This document shows positions 57,201 to 64,000 of a DNA stretch of 64,000 nt, piece after piece (position 1 is the first letter of the stretch; every line of letters starts with the position of its first letter). The DNA lies in NCBI RefSeq assembly GCF_030028105.1, contig NC_092385.1:24890774-24954773 (forward strand). Direction: 5' to 3'. The notes under the pieces were generated by a model. That model was not told the origin of the DNA and ran no database searches. It saw nothing but the letters and a program-made list of their open reading frames with translations. A program made the translations under genes and the position numbers. This DNA comes from Mobula birostris (lineage: Eukaryota).

Positions 57201-60200
57201 ACTGATATTTTAAAATATTCAGAAATTTACTAAAAAAGAAGCCATGGTTCGAATTTTTCCCTTTAATTTTTCCACATATAATCTTTTCTCTCTTTCCTGA
57301 AGGCATCAAATGCTCGCTGAGACACAATGTTAATGGGCTGGCTTTGGTGGTATGACAGTAGGTGCTGCTGAATCACTTCCCCAAGGTGTAGACATCAGGG
57401 CACAACCTACTCCTGTCTGGTTTGGAATTCAAAGTTTTGGCTGTGGCTTGGTGGGAGTTGTAATTGACCTGGAGTGCTCAGTCCTCGTTTGGTAATGTTG
57501 TCAGTTATTGGAGGTCTGATCAGTTATACAGCAGAGTATAGAAATAGACCAGATACAACTTTATAACACATTTGGAATTAGATCATCCTCTTCATATAAA
57601 AATGGACTGGGTTGTGCACATTATTACCCATAAATGCATTCATCTCCTGCTCCCCCTCACCCCACCTCACTGCATGACCCCCACTATTCATTAACCTTTC
57701 TCAGTTCTCCTCATTGTGGCTATTCCATGAAGCGGAGTGGTCTGCAAGTAGCCAATGGGACTTAGACAACACATCCTGATGCCCTACTCTACACTGCCTT
57801 GGTAGCCTTCACTGCTCACTGCTCTTAAAGGGCTTTTCAAATGTTTCTAATGATAATCAGAAACATTTAAAAAAGAGTTGAAATATACTTAAATAATTAA
57901 AATGTCTTTAAAAACAAACAAAAGCAAAAATATTAATAAATGATTATTTCAAAGTTAATTTATTATCAAAGTGTATGTCACCATATACAACCCTGATTCA
58001 TTTTCATGCCTGCATACTCAGTAAGTCCAATAGTCATAATAGAATCAGTGAAAGACCATAGCAGACAACTAGAATGCAAAAGATAACAAAATGTGCAAAT
58101 GCAAAAAGAAAGAAAAGAAGGAAATATTAATAATAAATAAATAAACAATAAATATCAAGAACATGAGATGAGTAGTCCTTGAAAGTGAGTCCATAGCTTG
58201 TGGGAATAGTTCAGTGATGGGGTAAGTGAAGTTGAGTGAAGTTATCCATTTTGGTTCAAGAGCCTGATGGTTAAGGGTAATAACTGTTCCTGAACCTGGT
58301 GGTGTGAGTCCAGAGACTCCTGCAGCTTCTCCCTGATGGCAACAGTGAGAAGAGAGCATGCCCTGGGTGGTGGATGCGGGTTTCTTGCGACAATGCTCAG
58401 TGTAGATGTGCTGAATAGTGGGGAGGGCTTTACCCGTGATGGACTGGGCCATATCCACTACTTTTGGCAGGATTTTTTGTTCAGGGGTATTAGTATTTCC
58501 GTACCAGTCTGTGATGCAGCCAGTTTAATATCCCAAAAAAATTTGACTGATGCAAATTAAATAAGAACATTAATACAAATTAGTAAAAATATAAACAATA
58601 ATCATTGATCTTCAGTTATCTTTTCTATCTTTGTTATCCTCTGTGGCCCTGTTACATGCAACAGCCATGACTGACACAAAGCTCAGGGTCTCTCAATTGA
58701 TTCTCTCAATTTAACTTATGCTTTTTGTGTTCAGTCCTGGACTCAGTGCTGAAACCTGGAGTTTCAATCTGCAGGTGTGGAGGTCAGGAATGCGCTGGCC
58801 CAGGCAATGGTGTTCTCCTATGGAGCTACCGTTTGGTGATCTGGGAGAATAGTCATATGATTATTAACGTAATTTTAAAAATGCAATTAATCATTTGCGT
58901 CCCTCCTTAACAGCGAGGCAGGAATTGAAGCAGAATAACACAGCAGTTAAGGACAAGGACATTGGAGAGGAACTCATCTTTACCCTTTTCCCTTAGCTAT
59001 TGTATCTCAAACTGCTCTAAAGAGGTAGAATGAATTACATATAAAAATTATGAATATGATCACTAAAGATATGTAGTCTAATTGTGGTAATGTGGTAGGT
59101 CATATCAGAAAAAAGCATATTCTGTTTTTAGTCATATAATTTAAAATTTGCTTTATTTTTAAACAGACGTTATTAAACTGGTCGTCAATACTTTCAAAAC
59201 AAATGAGGTCCCTTATACAGCTATTTTCATGGCTGGCTGGAGTTCCAAGGTATAAAATATTTAACCCACTACCCCTTTCTTCTTTTCCAAATGTTTGTTT
59301 ATAATTATGTGTTCTTAAAATTTCTGATGTTCATTATAGTCTGCATGTCTGTTTATGCCTGTGGTTCACATGCTGTTACAAATAGCTGAGCTCAGAACTC
59401 CTCATCTACCCGTCCAGTAGGAGAATGGGGAGAGGAAAGATACCTAATTCTCTAGTCTGCTTCTTCGTGCCTCCTTATAGTTAGTCTTTGAGCCCACTGG
59501 CCCAAAACAGGACCAGAATCAGGTTTATTATCACCGCCTTATATGATATGAAATTTGTTTTTTCAGCAGCAGTACTGTGCAAAGACATTTTTTTTTATAA
59601 ATTACAAACTATATAAAGAATGTAACTAAAGTAATAATGAGGTAGTGTTCATGGACCGTTCAGAATTAGAGGGGAAGAAGCTGTTTCTGAATTATTGAGT
59701 GAGGGTCTTCAGGCTCATGTAACTCCTCCCTGATGGTAGTAACAAGAAGAGGACTTATCCCACTTGGTGAATAAACTGTTACTCAACTCAATCACCAAGA
59801 AACTATGGAAGCGAAGGCAAGGGTGGTGGGGTGGGGGGGCTGCGGGTGGTGTTGGTGGGGTGGCCGGTGAAGAGAGAGTTAGCAAATCTGTCACTGAACA
59901 ATTTGCAAGTGTTAAAAGTTGTGTGCTTACAAAGCACAAACCCACATTTTAGAACAGATGAGGATGATCACCAGGTTGCAGATTAGAACAGTTGCAATAT
60001 CATAGGAAAAATCCAAAGACGAGGCATTTCTGTTGCCCATTTTAGAAGCCTGAGAATGTTGTATCTTCTAGTGATTTGCAACAATCTTTTAAAACTACAG
60101 ATATTAGAAGTAAAACCACTATCCAACTATTTGGAAGTCCTAATAGCTCGGCATCTAGCTCACTAATAATGTTTGCCATACTCCCTTTGCTCTTATCAGG

Positions 60201-63200
60201 GGCTGATTCCCACACTCACTTTCAGGGCCCTGGTTGTTAACTTCCTCTAACACACCATTTCTTGTGTTCCAGGTGGCACATTGGAGTCCCAGTTCCTACC
60301 CTCCCTTTCCACTTGCCAGAGCCTTGGTTCTTCCAATCCCTTTTACACAATGGGACCATGGTTCCTCTCTTCCCTTTCTATCCCCCATGCAACAGTTCCC
60401 CGCCCCCCAACACACTCAAGCCCACATTTCCTGCTCCTTCCTTCCACCCCACAGAACAGGGCCTCAGTTCACACATATCTGTGCAAACAACAGGGTCTCT
60501 GCTTCCATACTCCCTTTCAACTCATCTTGTTCACTGGAAAATCCATTGTCCTACTGTGTATAATATTTTTAAAAAGTGAATTAGAAGTCTTGAAGTATTA
60601 ATAAAAGTAACATCCAGAAAATCTGCCAATCTGGCATCGCCGAAATCACCAAATGTGCCGGATTATCAGCTTTATACCAGCGTAGAGTGTCAATCTGATC
60701 TTTGAAGGTCTTGCCCCTGCTTAAATTGATAGCAAAATGTTAGTATTCTTAACCTCACATAATGAAATTAATTTGCTTCTCTGAGACATAAATCATTACA
60801 GTGCTTAGTCTCCTGGACAACATTTTTTCGATGAAGACATTAACAAATATTTATCTGCTGACTGCCATCTAGTTGTATGCAGCATGTGCTTCCTTTGATT
60901 TAACATGACAGAGAAATATTGGTAATTTCAATATTGTGTTGAAATGTCCACCTAATTCTATGCAATGTGTAATGTATGTCGTCAGTAGTGGATAAGGTGC
61001 ATTGAAATTTTGAGAATCTAATACCTCTGTTATGAAACCTCAAACAGTATTTACTTTGGCGGTGAAAAGGCCACAGTAGAGTTTCTCTCAGACAGTTTGT
61101 CCAACATCCACGGGACTTGTATCCATATCAATATTTGTGCAGTCTTTACCATATATTTAATAAATTATCTCTAGCAGTTTTAAACCTTGAACTCTTTTGT
61201 TGAAACAATGAACAAGTTTAATTCAATAGTGATTTTAATATCTATTGCTGGAAATTAAGTTCAGAAATCACTATTTTATAGGTGGCTGGACATTCTTTCA
61301 GTGATGTCATGAGCTTTGGTAGGAAGCTTCTGCAAATCCCAAATTGGAACCAGTACTCACCAATAAATGTTACAGATGGTGAAAAAACATGCATTCTCTT
61401 CACTGCCAAAAAGATAACAATTAGATTTGGAGACCAGCCAGAGATCGATTTGACTAACAAAACATTTGGGAACACTGCTAAAGTTAATACAAGGAATTCA
61501 ACATGTTCTGCAGATCATGCCACGTAAGATGTGATAAGTTACACTTTACCTTTGGCAACTTGCACTGAATTAAGAATGTTTTCCTAGACATTAAACCTTT
61601 TTAAACATATGGTTATAGAGACACTTAACACCTTATTATGATATCTGATCACAGAGGTTTTAATAATATGAATGAAGAAAGATAATTTTATTTTTATTGA
61701 CATAATGGTTTAAATAGTCATGGTAGTTCTTGGTACAGGCATGAAATTGCCTATTGCTCAGTTTTTGAGTATATAATTGTAATTGCCTGAAAAATCATTT
61801 TACCTCTTTATCTTAGAATGTTATAAATTATTAATTTTCAGATTTCCATACTGATTTGATTATAAGGGTTTTCTGAAGCAATATATTTTCTTTTATGAAT
61901 TTCTTATTTACATCTAAATTTTATTCTATAGATCTTGGCAAGTTGTGAAATTTGTCAAACTTTCAGGCTGTGAGATATTGCAAATGTAAATCAATTTGCA
62001 ATATCTCACAGTCTGAAAGTTTGACAACAGAATACTTAGATTTGAAATGGAAAATAAACATGATCGCTAGCGAGATCTAGTTTTGGCATTGTATGCAATC
62101 CAGGAGATTTGGATAACGATTAGTTTTATTTTAAAAGCTAGTGAGCTTTTAAAAGTAGTTTAAAAGAATGAGAATTATTACGTCCAACTTATGATAGAAA
62201 ACTTTTTGTTCTGAGGCAGCAGTACAGGACAAAAACACAAAAATCTATAAATTACAAAAATAAATAGTGCAAAGAAGATTAATGAGGGAACACTCATGGA
62301 CCTTTAAGAACTCTGATAGCAGAAGGAAAGAAGCTGTTCCTAAATTGTTGAGTGTGGGTCTTCAGGATCGTGTACCTTCTCCTTGATGGTGCTAATGGGA
62401 AGAGGGCATGTCCTGAGTGCTGAGGGCCCTTAGGGATGGATGCTGCCTTCCCGAGGCACCACCTCTTGAAGATATTCTCAACAGTGGGGAGGATTGTGAC
62501 TATGATGGAGCTGGCCAAGACCATAAACCCTCTGCAGCTTCTTGTGATCTTGTGCATTGGAGCCTCCATACAGGCCGTGATGCAGCTCTCCACCGTACAT
62601 CTAAGAGGTTTTGGTGACATACCAAATCTCCTCAAATTCCAAACAAATTCGAGCCACCATTGCACCTTCTTCGTGATTGCATCATGTGTTGGGCCCAGGA
62701 ACTTACAACTGACCCCTCAGCGAAGAGTGGTGTGTGTTTTCCCAAATTCTCCTTCCCGAAGTCCTTAATCAATTCTTTGTTCTTGCTGATGTTGAGCACA
62801 AGATTGTTGCTGTGACACCACTCAACCAGATGTTCTATCTCCCTCCTGTAGTCATTGCCATCTAAGATTCCACCAACAGTGGTATCTTCGGTGAATTTGC
62901 AGATAGCACTTGAACTATGAATAATTTGAAAGCACGCACAGCTGTAACAAATCAAGCTGATTCATTCTATTTGAATAAAGATTGGAAAATTGGATGCAAA
63001 GACTGATGGGAGAGCTAAGTAGTGAAAGGAATACCTGGTGTTTTATTGCTTGATATTGATAACAAATGCAAATCATGGAAAATGTCACATTATTTACCTA
63101 AATTAATTAACTTAATAATTATTTACAACATCTAATCAGTATTCCAAAGCTATCAGTAAATATCATGTTGTTCAATTTTATGCACCCAGGCTTTTACTGA

Positions 63201-63240
63201 ATTATGGTGATGTTGGAAAACTGAAGCGACTTGTTATCAG
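48090..63240 (+). CDS. ATP6AP1L: V-type proton ATPase accessory subunit S1 (Ac45) family protein, probably ATP6AP1-like; exons 2-8 (3' exons beyond the window)
   Basis: Exons 48090-48216, 52043-52105, 54431-54624, 56763-56803, 59167-59249, 61282-61523 and 63190-63240 splice in frame with AG/GT. Peptides LSWYLNPVF..KKVILFWLD, FSNIQNILDSAPSSIVLPAV, YMHEKLG, PLLLIVKLP, EVPYTAIF, GRKLLQ and EIDLTNKTFG align to recalled ATP6AP1 ([75 protein letters not shown]). The family call is strong; the paralog name comes from adjacency to RPS23 as in mammals. Confidence 0.85.
48650..48900 (-). mobile_element. tRNA-derived SINE
   Basis: Minus GGCGCCGCTGTAGTGTAGAGG (A box) and GGAGTTCAATGCC (B box); A/T-rich tail. 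Confidence 0.65.
49241..50417. mobile_element. Solo LTR with internal short tandem repeats
   Basis: TGTCA...TGACA termini; 5-bp direct repeat AAAGA at 49236-49240 / 50418-50422. Confidence 0.8.
50903..51140 (-). mobile_element. CR1 3' end, same subfamily as 7262-7632
   Basis: Reverse complement nearly identical to 7405-7630; (CATAGAAA)n tail. Confidence 0.85.
52043..52105 (+). CDS. ATP6AP1L: Ac45-family exon 3 (LNTNDIMNSDASLAHTFSNIQ)
   Basis: ttttcag|CTG...CAG|gtatga; 63 nt. Confidence 0.8.
54431..54624 (+). CDS. ATP6AP1L: Ac45-family exon 4 (NILDSAPSSIVLPAV...VKLPLTY)
   Basis: tttgtag|AAT...TAC AG|gtaatg; 194 nt. Confidence 0.9.
55600..56170 (-). mobile_element. Rex1/Babar-like LINE 3' fragment
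   Basis: LRRFGMSLKTLVNSYRCTVESILTGCITVW..SFFPSAIRVLNG. Confidence 0.7.
56763..56803 (+). CDS. ATP6AP1L: Ac45-family exon 5 (SAVTADIKVLADD)
   Basis: ttccag|A TCT...GAT G|gtaagc; 41 nt. Confidence 0.8.
57950..58520 (-). mobile_element. Rex1/Babar-like LINE 3' fragment
   Basis: AQSITGKALPTIQHIY; 3' UTR shared with other copies. Confidence 0.6.
59167..59249 (+). CDS. ATP6AP1L: Ac45-family exon 6 (DVIKLVVNTFKTNEVPYTAIFMAGWSSK)
   Basis: aaacag|AC GTT...AAG|gtataa; 83 nt. Confidence 0.88.
61282..61523 (+). CDS. ATP6AP1L: Ac45-family exon 7 (VAGHSFSDVMSFGRKLLQ...CILFTAKKI...DLTNKTFG...STCSADHAT)
   Basis: ttatag|GTG...GCC AC|gtaaga; 242 nt; several N-X-S/T sequons. Confidence 0.9.
61952..62027 (+). 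repeat. 76-nt near-perfect inverted repeat / hairpin
   Basis: 34-nt arms (33 WC plus 1 G-U) and 8-nt loop. Confidence 0.92.
62200..62915 (-). mobile_element. Rex1/Babar-like LINE 3' fragment
   Basis: ICKFTEDTTVGG, YRREIEHLVEWC, LRRFGMSP, RNSFFPSAIR. Confidence 0.7.
63190..63240 (+). CDS. ATP6AP1L: Ac45-family exon 8 (LLLNYGDVGKLKRLVIR)
   Basis: cccag|G CTT...ATC AG|gtatgt; 51 nt. Confidence 0.8.
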
Positions 63241-63814
63241 GTATGTATATTACTTGAAGCATAATACTCTTAGATTTGTTTCAGAATCAAATGAATTTAG
63301 GCTGAAATTAACATATTATATTATTCAGTGTACTATCATTTTGTTTCAATTAACATGTCATAAAACTAATTTTAAGGTAGCATGCATATGTGTAAAATAA
63401 ACAGAGTTGTGGAAAGATGCCTTTTTGCTCAATCCATGTTACTGATAATGAATTTAGAAGGATCTATTGCAATAATGTTCTGTAAATTACCTTAGTCCAA
63501 ATTACATTTCAAGGATTTTTTTTAGCACTTTGGACACCCAGCGACTCATCAGGATATGATAAATGGGAATGGAAGAATTAGATAAGAGGACATATAAACA
63601 TACATATTTAAACAAATTAGTAATAATTGCATTTATAGAGTTTTTCTCTTGGTCATTGTAAAGTGGATCTATGTTTATTTTGTCATAATGTTTACTCTAT
63701 CAGTATGAATGGTGCCGGGGTACAAGGAAAGTACATTTGACTCTTAGATGTATATTCACTTCTGACACAAGAAAGTACTTCTGCATTTGCTGGAAATGAA
63801 TGGATTTCCCTATA

Positions 63815-64000
63815 GTGCAAACACGAGGAAATCTGCAGACGCTGGAAATTCAAGCAACACACATCAAAGTGTCTGGGTAGCCTCCAACCTGATGGCATGA
63901 ACATTGACTTCTCTAACTTCCGCTAATGCCCCACCTCCCCCTCGTACCCCATCTGTTATTCATTTATATACACACATTCTTTTTCTCTCTCTTTTTTCTC
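63815..64000 (+). mobile_element. Penelope-like element terminal remnant (runs off the edge)
   Basis: LGSLQPDGMNIDFSNFR* at 63873-63926. Confidence 0.55.

Overview
AT-rich vertebrate genomic DNA. The repeat repertoire (CR1, Rex1/Babar-like, Penelope, tRNA-derived SINEs) suggests a cartilaginous fish, probably a ray or skate; this is an inference. Three spliced genes were reconstructed by hand from GT-AG boundaries and reading-frame phase: (1) the 5' seven coding exons of axonemal dynein DNAH12 (minus strand, running off the left edge), with a CpG-rich promoter carrying RFX X-box-like motifs; (2) a complete 4-exon RPS23 (minus, 143 aa, 5'TOP, polyA signal); (3) a head-to-head V-ATPase accessory subunit S1 (Ac45/ATP6AP1)-family gene (plus strand, probably ATP6AP1L, running off the right edge). 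It keeps the full N-terminal luminal domain, lacks the furin motif and has an RKLL S1P-type motif. The rest is mostly transposable-element debris: a full-length TSD-flanked Nimb/I-group LINE nested in a CR1 that is itself inside another CR1, a truncated Gypsy element, two solo LTRs, a DNA transposon with a 6-bp TSD and a Tc1-like MITE. Two isolated near-perfect ~70-nt hairpins also stand out. There is no CRISPR array or prokaryote-type system, and I cannot claim a wholly new biological system from sequence alone. The best leads are the Ac45 paralog and the G-U-biased hairpin. Homology calls rest on recalled protein sequences, not on database searches.
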